Source: Roseovarius sp. (GTDB lineage: Bacteria > Pseudomonadota > Alphaproteobacteria > Rhodobacterales > Rhodobacteraceae). From it: a DNA stretch of 64,000 nt. Of the stretch, positions 41,641 through 52,410 are shown one piece after another. A program made the position numbers and the translations under genes. Positions within the stretch are counted from its first letter, which is position 1; every line of letters begins with the position of its first letter. The DNA lies in the NCBI GenBank assembly GCA_043555235.1, contig CP121311.1, positions 1,128,857-1,192,856 of the forward strand, read 5' to 3'. The notes below the pieces were generated by a model. The model was not told the DNA's origin and did no database searches. It saw nothing but the letters and a program-made list of their open reading frames with translations.

Positions 41641-43489
41641 GTTTCAATTCGATCCGCCGGTTCTGCGCCCGCGCTTCGGGGGTGCTGGCTGTGTTGACGG
41701 GCTGGAACTCGCCAAATCCATTGGCAGCAAGCCGGTTCGGCGGCAGCCCCTGTGCGTCGATCAGATAGCGCACCACAGACAGCGCGCGCGCCTGGCTCAG
41801 CTCCCAGTTATCGGCAAAGGTCGCCCCGGCCCGCAGCGGGATGTCATCCGTATGCCCGTCCACCCGCAGCACCCAGTCAATGCCGGGTGGAATGTCATCA
41901 ATGACATCCAGCAACAGCCCCGCAACCCGCGCAACCTGTGTGCGGCCCGCTTCGCTAAGATCCGCCTCGCCGGGCGCGAAAAGCACCTCGGACGAGAACA
42001 CGAAACGGTCACCCTCGATCTGGATCCCCTCGCGTGCGCCCAGAACCTCGCGCAGACGCCCGAAGAATTCCGAGCGGTAGCGCTCCAGATCCTCGCGCTC
42101 GGCCTCAAGCCGCTTGCGTTCCGCTTCTTCCAACTCGCGGCGGCGGCGTTCCTCTGCCGCGACCCGCGCCAGCGCTGTGTTCAACTCGTTGCCCAGAGAT
42201 TGCAGTTGCACCTCGGCTGCGGCCTCACGCTCTTGCGCATCGTCCAAAAGCGCCTGTAGCTGGCCCAACTGCTCGCGCAGAGCGGTGACCTGCTGGCTTA
42301 GCAAAGCCTGCTGTCGCTGCGCATCGCTGGCAATCTCTTCTTGCTCTGACAGTTCCCGTTGCGCCTGCGCCAGAAGCACCGCACGTTCTTCGGCAGCCGA
42401 GAGCCGGTCTTCGGCCTCCTGTTCAGCGGCCAGCTTGGCGGCAAGCGCGGCGGTCAATTCCGCGCGCATTTCTTCGGCCGTCATTTCAACAGAAGCGCGT
42501 TCAGCCTCAAGCGCGGTGATCCGCGTCTGCGCTGCCTGCAAGGCCGCCTCGCTTGATTCAAGTTCCGCTTGCATCCCGGATACTTCGCCCGCTTCCGCGC
42601 GGGCCTCGTCCAGCGCTAGAATCGCGGCGGCCAAGCGCGTATCAAGATCCGCCTGGGCGGATTCCGCCGCCGCCAAAAGGGCCAGCGTCTCTTCGGCGCG
42701 CTGGCGTTCTTGCTCCAACGCCAGCGTCATCGCTGTCAATTCCGTATCGGCATTCTCCAACCGGTCGCGCAACGCCTCTGCCGCTGCGGCCTCGGCCAGC
42801 CTCGCGGCTTCCTCGTCGGTCAGTGCGTCCTGCAAGTCGCCGACCTGTGCGCTCAGCGCCGCGCGCGCCTCTTCGCCCTCCTCCGTCTGACGTTGCAGAT
42901 CCGTGACAAGCGCCTGCAACGCCTCGCGGCGCGCGGCGGCAAGCCGGGCCGCCTCGCTTTGGGCGTCAACCTCATCGCGCAGCCCGGCAAGCGCCAGCTG
43001 CAATTGTTCGTTTTCACTCAGCAGCGTATCGCGCGCGCCTTCCAGGTCGGCGACCTGCCCCAACGCCTGATCACGCTGGGCCAGAAGGCTGGCAACCTGA
43101 TCCTCGAAACTGGCGATCCGGGTTTGCGCAGTCTCCAGCGCGGCTTCAGCCTGTGCGCTGCGACCCTGAAGCGCCGTGATCAGCGCCGCCTGCTCTGCCT
43201 GCCGTTCGCGCGCATCACCCAGCGTGGCGGTCAGCTGCCCGACCCGCTCGGTGAGCGTTGCGTTACGATCCTGTTCAAGCCCAAGCGCACGGGCCAGCGC
43301 CGACACCTCGGCAGAGAGTTCGTCCAGCTTGCTTTCCTGACCGGTGATCGTTTCGCGCAGGACGAATTGCACCACCATAAAAATGGTCAGCACGAACATC
43401 AGGACCAGCAAAAGCCCTGTCATCGCATCCACGAAACCCGGCCAGATCGAGGCTTGAAACCGCGCGCCTGTGCGTCGCGACAGGGCCAT
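41627..43489 (-). CDS. MotB/OmpA-like peptidoglycan-binding protein with long coiled coil
   Basis: N-terminal TM IWPGFVDAMT; about 400 aa of heptad repeats; C-terminal DGHTD, NWELSQARA, NRRIE. Confidence 0.92.
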   Translation of the reverse strand: MALSRRTGARFQASIWPGFVDAMTGLLLVLMFVLTIFMVVQFVLRETITGQESKLDELSAEVSALARALGLEQDRNATLTERVGQLTATLGDARERQAEQAALITALQGRSAQAEAALETAQTRIASFEDQVASLLAQRDQALGQVADLEGARDTLLSENEQLQLALAGLRDEVDAQSEAARLAAARREALQALVTDLQRQTEEGEEARAALSAQVGDLQDALTDEEAARLAEAAAAEALRDRLENADTELTAMTLALEQERQRAEETLALLAAAESAQADLDTRLAAAILALDEARAEAGEVSGMQAELESSEAALQAAQTRITALEAERASVEMTAEEMRAELTAALAAKLAAEQEAEDRLSAAEERAVLLAQAQRELSEQEEIASDAQRQQALLSQQVTALREQLGQLQALLDDAQEREAAAEVQLQSLGNELNTALARVAAEERRRRELEEAERKRLEAEREDLERYRSEFFGRLREVLGAREGIQIEGDRFVFSSEVLFAPGEADLSEAGRTQVARVAGLLLDVIDDIPPGIDWVLRVDGHTDDIPLRAGATFADNWELSQARALSVVRYLIDAQGLPPNRLAANGFGEFQPVNTASTPEARAQNRRIELKLTER

Positions 43490-43492
43490 CGC

Positions 43493-44752
43493 CTAGCCCC
43501 CCTGCTCCGTGTCGCGGGGGCCAGCCGTCCGCGCCACACCCGCCTTTGGCCCCGTGCCGGTCTTCTGCCCCTGGGACAAAAGCGCACCGACCTGAGACAT
43601 CTTCTTGGACAGGGTGCGCAGATCAGTGCGCAGCTCGGTCATGCTTTCCTGACGGCCCGCGCTGATCTCCTCCAGAATGCGTAACATCTGCACATCAATC
43701 GAGCGCAGCCGCATCCGGCTTTCCGCATCCAGCCCGTCGCCGAAATGCTCGCTTCGGGCCTCAAGCCTTTCAAGCAGGCGTTCCTGCCCCTCGGCCACGC
43801 GCAAAAGCGCGGCATCCGTGGCGCTTTGGCCATTGGTTTCCATCCGGGTCGCCAGCCGGTCCACCGCATCGGCCACCACGCCCAGCTTTTCGTCCACCAT
43901 AGCGCGGCTGATATCCGATTGCGTCATCATGAGCTGCAAGCTTTCCATCTGCTCGCCCATGTTGTCCACGACGGCCTGCATCACCGCCGCATCGCTGCCA
44001 CCCTCGCCATCGCCGCCCGCGAAACCGACGCGGGTGATGGTCGACATCCATTCTTCCAGTTCGCGGTAAAAACGGTTCTGCCCGTGGCTCGCGAAAAGCT
44101 CCAGCAAGCCGACCACGAGCGACCCCGCAAGCCCCAGCAGCGACGAGGCAAAGGCAACCCCCATCCCGCCAAGCTGCGCCTCAAGCCCCGTCATGAGCCG
44201 GTTGAACACGTCCACCCCACCTTCGCCATCCTGCGGCGCAAGGCTTCGGATCGTGTCCACCACCGCCGGAACAGTAGTGGCAAGCCCGTAGAACGTCCCC
44301 AAAAGGCCAAGGAAGATCAACATGTTGACGATATAGCGGGTGATCTCGCGTTCTTCGTCTATCCGCTGCGCGACAGAATCGAGGATCGACCGTGCAGACC
44401 CGGACGCGATCTTGAGCCGCTTCTTGCCCCGTTGCCGCAACAGCGTCGCCAGCGGCGCGAGCAATTGCGGCGCTGTCACCGGCTCGTCGCCCAGACGATC
44501 GGCGGCAAAACTTTCGATCCAGCGGACCGATCCGATCAACTGCACGACCTGCCAGAAACAGGCCACGACACCGATCAGGAAAACGAAAAAGATAAATCCG
44601 TTCAGATAGGGGTTGGCCTCGAACACCGGCAACACGCGGGGCAGCGCCAGAAAGGCCAGCGCGCCCACAAGTGCAAGCACAACCACCATCAAGGTGATCT
44701 GCCTTACGGGTTGCGAAAACTGCGGCTCGACCTCACGGTCCGGCTGGTCCAT
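43493..44752 (-). CDS. MotA/TolQ/ExbB-like membrane protein with C-terminal tail
   Basis: LIFLGLLGTFYGL, GMGVAFASSLLG; long helical tail; 3-nt gap to the MotB-like gene. Confidence 0.88.
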   Translation of the reverse strand: MDQPDREVEPQFSQPVRQITLMVVVLALVGALAFLALPRVLPVFEANPYLNGFIFFVFLIGVVACFWQVVQLIGSVRWIESFAADRLGDEPVTAPQLLAPLATLLRQRGKKRLKIASGSARSILDSVAQRIDEEREITRYIVNMLIFLGLLGTFYGLATTVPAVVDTIRSLAPQDGEGGVDVFNRLMTGLEAQLGGMGVAFASSLLGLAGSLVVGLLELFASHGQNRFYRELEEWMSTITRVGFAGGDGEGGSDAAVMQAVVDNMGEQMESLQLMMTQSDISRAMVDEKLGVVADAVDRLATRMETNGQSATDAALLRVAEGQERLLERLEARSEHFGDGLDAESRMRLRSIDVQMLRILEEISAGRQESMTELRTDLRTLSKKMSQVGALLSQGQKTGTGPKAGVARTAGPRDTEQGG

Positions 44753-44819
44753 CCGGACAACTCCCGGCACTGTTGTTCTGATTGCAACCCTACGCCGTCA
44801 ATCATGGCAAGCCAAGGGC

Positions 44820-45350
44820 TTATGCTGCAAGCGCACGGACGCGTCGCACAAGCCAGTCAAGCTCCTGGTCATGGATCCCCAGTTCCTCCAGATGAGCGAC
44901 GGTCTGGAAAAGATATTCGGTATTCGGCCCCCGCCCACCAATCGCGCGCGCGATGATCCGGGCCTGTTCTTCCAAATCCAGCCCGCCGCAATACTGCACA
45001 TGGGCCGCGTCGATCACATAGGTCACGGCCTCGACCTGCCGCCCGTCGTGCAACTCCAGCGGCAGGCGCTTTTCCAGATAGGCGGCAGAAACCAGTTCGC
45101 GCTCGCGCAGGTAGCTCAGCACGCGGTCTTCCTCTTCCGGGTCCACGGCCAGGGCCACGCCCCGGCAATAGCTGCGGTCGGACGCATCCAGCGCCAGCAC
45201 CAGCCCCGGATCCTCCGCGGTGCCGCGATGATGCACCGAGCGCATACAGAAGCTGCGATGATATCCCGTCAGCCGCGCCAGCACACGCTCGGCCGGTACA
45301 AAGCCCGGATTCCAGACAAGCGAACCATAGCCGAATACCCACATCGTCAT
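44820..45350 (-). CDS. ChaC-family gamma-glutamylcyclotransferase
   Basis: WVFGYGSLVW, HRGTAEDPGLVLAL, YLRERE, GPNTEY. Confidence 0.93.
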   Translation of the reverse strand: MTMWVFGYGSLVWNPGFVPAERVLARLTGYHRSFCMRSVHHRGTAEDPGLVLALDASDRSYCRGVALAVDPEEEDRVLSYLRERELVSAAYLEKRLPLELHDGRQVEAVTYVIDAAHVQYCGGLDLEEQARIIARAIGGRGPNTEYLFQTVAHLEELGIHDQELDWLVRRVRALAA

Positions 45351-45419
45351 TTTGCTGTTCCTCGCGCTTTTGAGGTCTTAAACACCATCATCAAAAGACA
45401 TGAAAGCGGCGGCAGGCAG

Positions 45420-46424
45420 ATGCGAACACTCCTCATTGTAATCTCGTTGTTGGCCGCAGGCTGGGCCGGGTACTGGGCCATCGGCTCTGCCGGAGTCACG
45501 ACGACATTCGAACGATGGTTCGAGGCACGCCGCACCGATGGTTGGGTCGCCGAATACGAGACGCTCGAAACGCGCGGCTTTCCAAACCGCTTTGACACCA
45601 CGCTGCTCGACGTAACCCTTGCCGACCCCGATACCGGGCTGGTCTGGGACGCGCCCGTTTTCCAGATGCTGGCGCTAAGCTACCGCCCCAATCACGTGAT
45701 CGCGGTCTGGCCCGACACCCAAAGCCTCGCCACGCCTCAGCAGAAATTCGACATCCAGAGCGATGACATGCGCGCCAGCCTTGTTACACGCCCCGCGCCG
45801 CGCCTGCCACTGGATCGCCTGACCCTGACGGCCACCGCGCTGTCCATCAAGGACAGTGACAACAGCCAGCCAACCCGCGCCGACAGCCTGACACTGGCCG
45901 CCGAACGCAGTGCCGGCGCCGAGGCCAGCTATCGCTTTGGCCTGAATGCCGATGGGCTGTCGCCAGCGCTGGACTGGCGCGCGAAGCTCGATCCAGGCGG
46001 CACCCTGCCCGACCGCCTTGACAGCTTTCAGGCGGATGTGACCGTCGGGTTTGACAAACCCTGGGACATAACTGCCATCGAAGAGGCGCGCCCACAGCCC
46101 CGGAAAATCCAGCTTCGCCTCGCCGAAGCCCGCTGGGGCCGGCTGGAACTGCAAGCGGCCGGCACACTCGATATCGACATGGCTGGTCGCCCGACCGGAG
46201 AGATCGTGGTCAAGGCCCGCAACTGGCGCGAGATGTTGAGCCTCGCCGTGACCTCTGGCGCGCTGCCGCAGGGGCTGGCCGATACGCTGGAAGACGGGCT
46301 GGGGCTGATCGCGGGGATGGCGGGCAATCCGCGAACGCTGGATATTCCGCTGACCTTCCGCAACGAGCGCATTCGGCTTGGCCCGGTGCCCATTGGCCCC
46401 GCGCCCCGGCTTGTGCTGCGCTGA
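45420..46424 (+). CDS. DUF2125 domain protein
   Basis: N-terminal TM, GFPNRFD, YRPNHVIAVWP, C-terminal LGPVPIGPAP. Confidence 0.85.
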   Translation: MRTLLIVISLLAAGWAGYWAIGSAGVTTTFERWFEARRTDGWVAEYETLETRGFPNRFDTTLLDVTLADPDTGLVWDAPVFQMLALSYRPNHVIAVWPDTQSLATPQQKFDIQSDDMRASLVTRPAPRLPLDRLTLTATALSIKDSDNSQPTRADSLTLAAERSAGAEASYRFGLNADGLSPALDWRAKLDPGGTLPDRLDSFQADVTVGFDKPWDITAIEEARPQPRKIQLRLAEARWGRLELQAAGTLDIDMAGRPTGEIVVKARNWREMLSLAVTSGALPQGLADTLEDGLGLIAGMAGNPRTLDIPLTFRNERIRLGPVPIGPAPRLVLR

Positions 46425-46428
46425 CACG

Positions 46429-47025
46429 TCAGCGGCAATATGGCCCGTAGCCATGTTCGGCGGTGTCGAAGTGGAAATGGTCCTGATGATGCCGGTCAGA
46501 GTTCGGGCCAAGCACCGTGCCGAATGGGCCGCAGGCGCTGTTGTGCAACCGTTCGAGGATGCGCCCGTTCTTGCCGCGCCCCCAATCGAGCAGCACTGAA
46601 ATTTCCGATCCGTCGGCCAGGCCGATGGCAGCGATGTCGATAGCCTTGCCCTTGGCATGTTCGGATAGCCGTGCGCCGGGCTGGTGGTTGCGTGTGCGGC
46701 AAGCGTAATGGGCCGCCACTTTCAGCGACGACAGCCCGCCCCCGGTGCGGCCCAGCTCGGGGATTGCCGCGTCTTTCACCCAGGCGTTCAGCGTGCGCGC
46801 CGTGCGGCAATCCATCTGCGCCGGCTGGCTGAGCGAGATGCCGCTGACGGCGCGGACCGCCACCGCGTCGGCAATGCCGCAAGCGCCGTTGCCGGGCACC
46901 TTTCCAACCGAATTACCCTTGATTTCCGGCATCCCGCAAACCGACCCGCGGGTGGAAACGTCCGCATCGTCGCGCCCGACACCGAATGGCGAACACCCGA
47001 TCAAGACCAAGGGAATCACCAACAT
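46429..47025 (-). CDS. Extensin-like domain lipoprotein (start uncertain)
   Basis: LIGC lipobox-like; HYACRT, SEHAKGKAIDI, ACGPFGTVLGP, HQDHFHFD. Confidence 0.85.
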   Translation of the reverse strand: MLVIPLVLIGCSPFGVGRDDADVSTRGSVCGMPEIKGNSVGKVPGNGACGIADAVAVRAVSGISLSQPAQMDCRTARTLNAWVKDAAIPELGRTGGGLSSLKVAAHYACRTRNHQPGARLSEHAKGKAIDIAAIGLADGSEISVLLDWGRGKNGRILERLHNSACGPFGTVLGPNSDRHHQDHFHFDTAEHGYGPYCR

Positions 47026-47038
47026 GAACCGCAAATCT

Positions 47039-47956
47039 TCAGCCCTTCTTGACGCGTCCGAAATCCGGCGCATCGGTATCCTGCCCGGCCTCAATGATAC
47101 CACGGCGAATCGCACGTGTCCGCGTGAAATAGTCGAACAGCATGTCGCCATCGCCGGTGCGGATCGCACGTTGCAGGGCAAACAGCTCTTCTGTGAAGCG
47201 GCCAAGGATTTCCAGCGTCGCCTCGCGGTTGGTCAGGAACACGTCGCGCCACATGGTCGGGTCGCTGGCGGCGATGCGGGTGAAGTCGCGGAACCCGGCG
47301 GCGGAATACTTGATCACCTCGCTGTCGGTCACGCGGCGCAGATCATCGGCCACGCCTACCATCGTGTAGGCGATCAGATGCGGCGCGTGGCTGGTGACGG
47401 CAAGAACCAGATCGTGATGATCGGCCTCCATCTCGTCGGTGAGCGCGCCCATCCCCTGCCAGAGCCGGGCCACACGGTCGACCGCGCCACGATCAGCGCC
47501 CTCAACCGGCACGATCAGGCACCAGCGATTGTCGAAAAGTTCGGCAAAGCCCGATCGTGGCCCGGAATGCTCGGTGCCCGCCAGCGGATGCGCGGGCACG
47601 AAATGCACATTGTCCGGCAGGTGCGGGGCCACTGCCTCGATCACCGCGCGCTTGACAGAGCCGACATCCGACACGGTCGCGCCAGATTTCAGCGCGGGCG
47701 CGATCTCGGCGGCCACAACCCCCATCGCGCCCACCGGCACGCAAAGCACGATCAGATCCGCGCCGCTGACCGCCTCGGCAGCAGTGTCGCAGACCCGATC
47801 ACAAAAGCCCACCTCGCGCGCCGCGGCGCGCGTCTCGGCAGAGCGCGCAAAGCCCGTGATCTCGGCCGCCAGCCCGGCCCGCCGCATCGCGTGCGCCATG
47901 GACGAAGCGATCAGACCCAGCCCGATCAGCGCGACCCGGTCGTAAATAACGCTCAT
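47039..47956 (-). CDS. tyrC: Prephenate/arogenate (cyclohexadienyl) dehydrogenase
   Basis: [43 protein letters not shown]. Confidence 0.93.
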   Translation of the reverse strand: MSVIYDRVALIGLGLIASSMAHAMRRAGLAAEITGFARSAETRAAAREVGFCDRVCDTAAEAVSGADLIVLCVPVGAMGVVAAEIAPALKSGATVSDVGSVKRAVIEAVAPHLPDNVHFVPAHPLAGTEHSGPRSGFAELFDNRWCLIVPVEGADRGAVDRVARLWQGMGALTDEMEADHHDLVLAVTSHAPHLIAYTMVGVADDLRRVTDSEVIKYSAAGFRDFTRIAASDPTMWRDVFLTNREATLEILGRFTEELFALQRAIRTGDGDMLFDYFTRTRAIRRGIIEAGQDTDAPDFGRVKKG

Positions 47957-49038
47957 GCGATATTGCCCATGAACTGCCCGACCGCATGTGCCACCCGGCG
48001 GCAGCTTGCCTCGTCGCCCACGGTGATGCGCAGGCAATGCGGCAGCTTGTAGCCCGCCACACGCCGCACGATCAGGCCCTGGGTTTTCAGGTAGTCGTCA
48101 CAGGCCTCGGCCTGAATCTGGTCGGCAAACCGCGCGAGGATGAAATTGGCGGTCGACGTGTCGGACGGGACGCCATGTTCGGCCAGCGCCTCGGCCAGCC
48201 ATGCACGCTGGCGGCTGTTGTCGGCGCGGCATTTCTCGGCCCATGCCCGATCGCGTATCGCCGCCTCGGCGGTGACAAGCGCCGCTTCGCTGAGGTTGAA
48301 GGGCCCGCGAATGCGGTTGAGCACGTCGATCACCGGCGCCGGGCCATAGCCCCAGCCCACGCGCAAGCCGCCCAGCCCGTAAAGCTTGGAAAATGTCCGC
48401 GTCATCACCACGTTGTCGCGCGCCTCGACCAGCGCCGCGCCACCGTCGTAATGCTCGACATATTCGGCATAGGCCCCGTCCAGCACCAGCAGCGCCTTGT
48501 CGGGCAGGCCCTCGGCCAGGCGGGCTATCTCGCCGTCGCCGATCATCGTGCCGGTGGGGTTGTTGGGGTTCGCGATGAAGACAAGGCGCGTCCGGTCGTT
48601 ACACGCCCGCAGGATCGCGTCGACATCCGTGACCCGCTCGCGCTCTGACACCTCTACCGGCGTGGCACCATTGGCCAGCGCACCGATGCGATAGATGGCG
48701 AATCCATGTTCGGTATGAATGACCTCGTCACCCTGCCCGGCATAGGCCTGACACAGAAAAGCTAGGATCTCGTCACTGCCCGCACCGCAAATGATGCGAT
48801 CAGCATCCAGAATGTGCATCTCGGCAATGGCCGCGCGCAGGGCCGCATGATCGGTCGACGGATAGCGATGCAGCTCGTAGGCGGCCTTGCGAAAGGCCTC
48901 TTTCGCGGCCTCGCTTGGCCCGAACGGGTTTTCGTTCGAGCTTAGCTTGACGGCATTCGCGATCCCCTCGACATGGCTCGCGCCACCAACATAGGGCGCG
49001 ATGTCAAGGATACCTGGCTGGGGCGTGATCTTGGTCAT
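47953..49038 (-). CDS. hisC: Histidinol-phosphate aminotransferase
   Basis: [37 protein letters not shown]. Confidence 0.96.
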   Translation of the reverse strand: MTKITPQPGILDIAPYVGGASHVEGIANAVKLSSNENPFGPSEAAKEAFRKAAYELHRYPSTDHAALRAAIAEMHILDADRIICGAGSDEILAFLCQAYAGQGDEVIHTEHGFAIYRIGALANGATPVEVSERERVTDVDAILRACNDRTRLVFIANPNNPTGTMIGDGEIARLAEGLPDKALLVLDGAYAEYVEHYDGGAALVEARDNVVMTRTFSKLYGLGGLRVGWGYGPAPVIDVLNRIRGPFNLSEAALVTAEAAIRDRAWAEKCRADNSRQRAWLAEALAEHGVPSDTSTANFILARFADQIQAEACDDYLKTQGLIVRRVAGYKLPHCLRITVGDEASCRRVAHAVGQFMGNIA

Positions 49039-49106
49039 GGCGTCTGTCTCCTCGAGCCGTTCTAGCGGCGGGTTCCGGGCTTGACCATCCCCCATGGCAG
49101 CACAAG

Positions 49107-49145
49107 AAAAAAGGCCGCGGCGGTATCCCGTCGCAGCCCCTTTTT
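49107..49145 (-). terminator. Intrinsic terminator after rpsD
   Basis: GC stem GGCTGCGACGG/CCGCCGCGGCC flanked by T-runs on both strands. Confidence 0.65.
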
Positions 49146-49160
49146 GCGGTGTAGAACTTG

Positions 49161-49197
49161 TAAAGCGCATCGCCTTTCGCTGAAGGCCGAACGCTCT
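49161..49197. repeat. Collapsed copy of the MITE family
   Basis: TAAAGCGCATCGCCTTTCGCTGA...AAGGCCGAACGCTCT resembles the MITE right TIR and the hairpin at 2519-2563. Confidence 0.55.
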
Positions 49198-49200
49198 GGA

Positions 49201-49821
49201 TCAGTTCTGCGCGTAGAATTCGATGACGAGGTTCGGTTCCATCATGACCGGGTACGGCACATCGCCCAGCGTGGGCACCCGCACGAAGGTTGCGGTCAAC
49301 TTGGAATGGTCCGCATCAATGTAGTCCGGCACGTCGCGTTCCGCCAGTTGCGTGGCCTCAAGGATCGACGCCATCTGCTTGGACCGGTCGCGAACTTCGA
49401 TCACGTCACCCTCTTTCACGCGGTAGGAGGGGATGTTCACGATCTGGCCATTCACGCGCACGTGCTTGTGATTCACGAACTGGCGGGCGGCAAAGATGGT
49501 TGGCACGAACTTGGCACGGTAAACGACCGCGTCCAGACGGCGCTCCAGCAGGCCGATGAGCAGCTCGCCGGTATCGCCGCGCTGACGCTCGGCATCCTTG
49601 AAGATGCGGCGGAATTGCTTTTCGGTCAGGTCGCCGTAATAGCCCTTCAGCTTCTGCTTGGCACGCAGCTGAAGACCGAAATCAGAGATCTTGCCCTTGC
49701 GGCGCTGGCCGTGCTGGCCGGGGCCGTATTCACGGCGGTTTACCGGGGATTTCGCACGGCCCCAGATGTTTTCGCCCATGCGGCGGTCGATTTTGTACTT
49801 GGCAGCAGTTCTTTTTGTCAT
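49201..49821 (-). CDS. rpsD: 30S ribosomal protein S4
   Basis: [38 protein letters not shown]. Confidence 0.99.
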   Translation of the reverse strand: MTKRTAAKYKIDRRMGENIWGRAKSPVNRREYGPGQHGQRRKGKISDFGLQLRAKQKLKGYYGDLTEKQFRRIFKDAERQRGDTGELLIGLLERRLDAVVYRAKFVPTIFAARQFVNHKHVRVNGQIVNIPSYRVKEGDVIEVRDRSKQMASILEATQLAERDVPDYIDADHSKLTATFVRVPTLGDVPYPVMMEPNLVIEFYAQN

Positions 49822-49929
49822 CTGCTGATCTCCTTCGGTCAGGGTTTCGAAGGGCGTTGTCCTCTTCCCGGATTTTGCCGGGCCGACAGGGTTCCCCTTG
49901 CGGAGTCCACCAACACCAATGAAGCCGCG

Positions 49930-49957
49930 CTTATATCCGCGACATTGCCGGAGTCAA
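49930..49957 (-). promoter_or_regulatory. Probable sigma70 promoter of rpsD
   Basis: TTGACT-N16-TATAAG on the minus strand. Confidence 0.5.
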
Positions 49958-50035
49958 CAGGCCCCGTCGGGAAATGCCGCCGCCTTGTCAGGCCAAGCCG
50001 CGCGGAATGCGAGGGCCGCAGCGGGCAAACCCTGA

Positions 50036-51100
50036 TCAGGCAGCCTCGTGTCGCAGGATCGCGGCCTCCGACGTGCTTAGGTTGCGACGCGCAAACCCGC
50101 CATATGCCTGTGGCTCCAGTTCCAGATCGGGGTTGATCGCAAGCAGGCGGTGCCGGTCGCCGCTGTCAAGCGCTGTCAGCGCAGCACTTGCCGGATGAAA
50201 GCTTTCGGCCTCGACACCATTGGCCCAAAGGATCTGGTGACGCGGTAAAAGCAAGTGGATATAGGTCACCTCGCGTACATCAAGATCGACCTTCACCGTG
50301 CCCCCGTTGATCAGATCGCGCGCCGCGACCAGCACCTCGGGGGTGTTGAACAACGCCCTTGCCACATCGCCCTCCACCAGCATCCGGTGTTCGGGGCTGA
50401 CCAGCAATTCCTCGTCCGGTCGCTCGACGCCAAGCGCGCCTGCGCGGATACGCACCGGGCGCAAATGCGGCATCGCGAACAGCCGCGCGCCACTCATTCG
50501 GCGGCTGCCGATCCACTGGATGTCCTCGTCGCCATTATCCTTGGTACATACCCTGTCGCCTTCGCGCAGATCCTCCACCAGACGCAGACCATCCGGGGTC
50601 TGGATCCGCGTGCCACGGGTGAAGCAGATGATCCCGCCACTTTCGGGGCCACGCGTCCGGCGTCTGTTTGCGCCGATGGAGTGATGCACGACCCAAAGAT
50701 CCGTGTCACGCGGGGGAATGTCATCCACGAACAGCAAAAGCGGTGGGGCACCTCCGCCCGCCTCGATGAGTGTGACCGTATATGTCTTGACCCCGTTGGT
50801 GACGACGAAACCGCAATCGGCCAGCGCTCCGCTGTCCTCCACCGCGTCAAGATCCGTTGTATGTGTCCGGGCGGCCTTGACCAGCCGCCTCACAAGTTTT
50901 GCCGCGCATTTGCGGCTCACTTTTTCATGTTCGCCCTGCTCAAGCCGCAAAACCTCGTTCGGGCCATCAACCCGAACCAGATCTCCATGCCAGGCCCACG
51001 CGGACCCGACACCCAAAGACCGGACAGGGGCGGCTGCCAAGCCGTCCACGTCCGTCTGCGACCAGGAGATGACGAACGCGCCTCGAAAGCCCGTTCTCAT
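50036..51100 (-). CDS. Hint-domain protein (bacterial intein-like, Hint_2 type)
   Basis: ICFTRGTRIQTPDG, VSPEHRML, YIHLLLPRHQILWANGVEAESF. Confidence 0.9.
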   Translation of the reverse strand: MRTGFRGAFVISWSQTDVDGLAAAPVRSLGVGSAWAWHGDLVRVDGPNEVLRLEQGEHEKVSRKCAAKLVRRLVKAARTHTTDLDAVEDSGALADCGFVVTNGVKTYTVTLIEAGGGAPPLLLFVDDIPPRDTDLWVVHHSIGANRRRTRGPESGGIICFTRGTRIQTPDGLRLVEDLREGDRVCTKDNGDEDIQWIGSRRMSGARLFAMPHLRPVRIRAGALGVERPDEELLVSPEHRMLVEGDVARALFNTPEVLVAARDLINGGTVKVDLDVREVTYIHLLLPRHQILWANGVEAESFHPASAALTALDSGDRHRLLAINPDLELEPQAYGGFARRNLSTSEAAILRHEAA

Positions 51101-51190
51101 TACCTGTATGCCTACCTCAGTTTACTTTTTTTATTAACCCGACGCTACCAAAAGCGAATCAACCTGGAAAGCCCGCACAAAACGTTTTGT

Positions 51191-52105
51191 TCAGAAATTC
51201 AAACGCAGTCGCACCGAACCCACAACCTGCCCCTCGCGCTGCGCCTCGAATTCTTCACCAAGCCACGTGAGACCATAGAAAACGCTGGCCCCACGTTCCC
51301 CTTGCCAGTTCACCCCGGCCCGCACACGGTTGCGCGCCTCGGTCAGATCAAAGCCACGGCCCGCGCGCAGCAACTCGCTGTCGAAGACATGGGCGGTATC
51401 CGCCCCGAGAACAACGCTCGCCCCCGGCGTCCTGTCCGGAACCGCTTCGTAAAGATGGCCGCTCACAACATCCCGCACCATCAGGCTCCGCGATCCGAAA
51501 GAGCCGATCGTCAAATCGACACCCGCGCGCAACAAGGTCTCCAGCCCCCATCGTCCTTCGACGAAAGGACGCATACGCATTCCGCCAAGCGCAACACGAT
51601 GCCCCATCTCCCCCACCAGTGTGGGCGTCACATCATTCGAAACCTGCTGGCGTCGGGCCCGGTTCGACGTCTCGCTACCGCCAAGGACATCATGCAAAAG
51701 CCCCTGAAAATCATCGAGACCGGTCTGCGGGCCAGTGACCACGACATCACCACCCAAGGCGAACTGAGTCGCCCCCCTAAAAAAATGCGTGTGCAATCCA
51801 AGCGACAGCACACCCGCAAAAGGCCTGTCCCCGCGCGCCGGTCGCGCAAGGCTTTCGGGTGCTACGATCTGCCCCCCGAAACGCAATTCCACGATCTCGC
51901 CGAACCCGCCCGGCAAATGCCCCTCCCATGAAGGCCCCCAGACGCGGCTCGACGCAAAAGACCCGGCTTGCCAGCGATCATGGGAATCACCAAGAATATC
52001 GTTGGTCAAAAGCCAGCCATGGCCAAGCCGCTCGCGCGCCTCGACACGCGGCGAACCCGCCATAAAAATCATGAAAACAAGAAAAAAGCTCAAAAGGCGC
52101 GTCAT
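51191..52105 (-). CDS. LpxR-family outer-membrane beta-barrel (lipid A 3-O-deacylase-like)
   Basis: Signal peptide; TNDILGDSHDRWQAGS, DRPFAG, terminal EFEAQREGQVVGSVRLRLNF; start uncertain. Confidence 0.82.
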   Translation of the reverse strand: MTRLLSFFLVFMIFMAGSPRVEARERLGHGWLLTNDILGDSHDRWQAGSFASSRVWGPSWEGHLPGGFGEIVELRFGGQIVAPESLARPARGDRPFAGVLSLGLHTHFFRGATQFALGGDVVVTGPQTGLDDFQGLLHDVLGGSETSNRARRQQVSNDVTPTLVGEMGHRVALGGMRMRPFVEGRWGLETLLRAGVDLTIGSFGSRSLMVRDVVSGHLYEAVPDRTPGASVVLGADTAHVFDSELLRAGRGFDLTEARNRVRAGVNWQGERGASVFYGLTWLGEEFEAQREGQVVGSVRLRLNF

Positions 52106-52410
52106 GTAAATCATCCCGAACACGTCGCCCCCAAGCAGTGTGTTCGTACCAAAGCTGACCCCGCAACTGCCAGCCCAAACCACGCGACGCGCCGAAGCGT
52201 GGATTTAAAGCCACAGCCAGGACAGGAAGGAACCAAGATCAGGGACAGGATCCATGCCCGAACGGCAGGACGGTGCGATACGCGTCGCAAGAGGGGCGTT
52301 GCCCCTCCACGCAACCCTCTCGCATGACTTTGCGAATCCGACCGCACACCGGAGACGGCGCGAAGGCGACGGCGAGACAACATGTGCGCGCCCTGGCGCG
52401 CTCCTTCATG

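Noticed and set aside
41900-43350. Quasi-periodic sequence
   Set aside because: Explained by coiled-coil heptads of the MotB-like protein
41627-44752. Calling the MotA/MotB-like pair a Zorya defence system
   Set aside because: No zorC/D/E or nuclease/helicase neighbours, and core-genome context; reported only as architecture-similar
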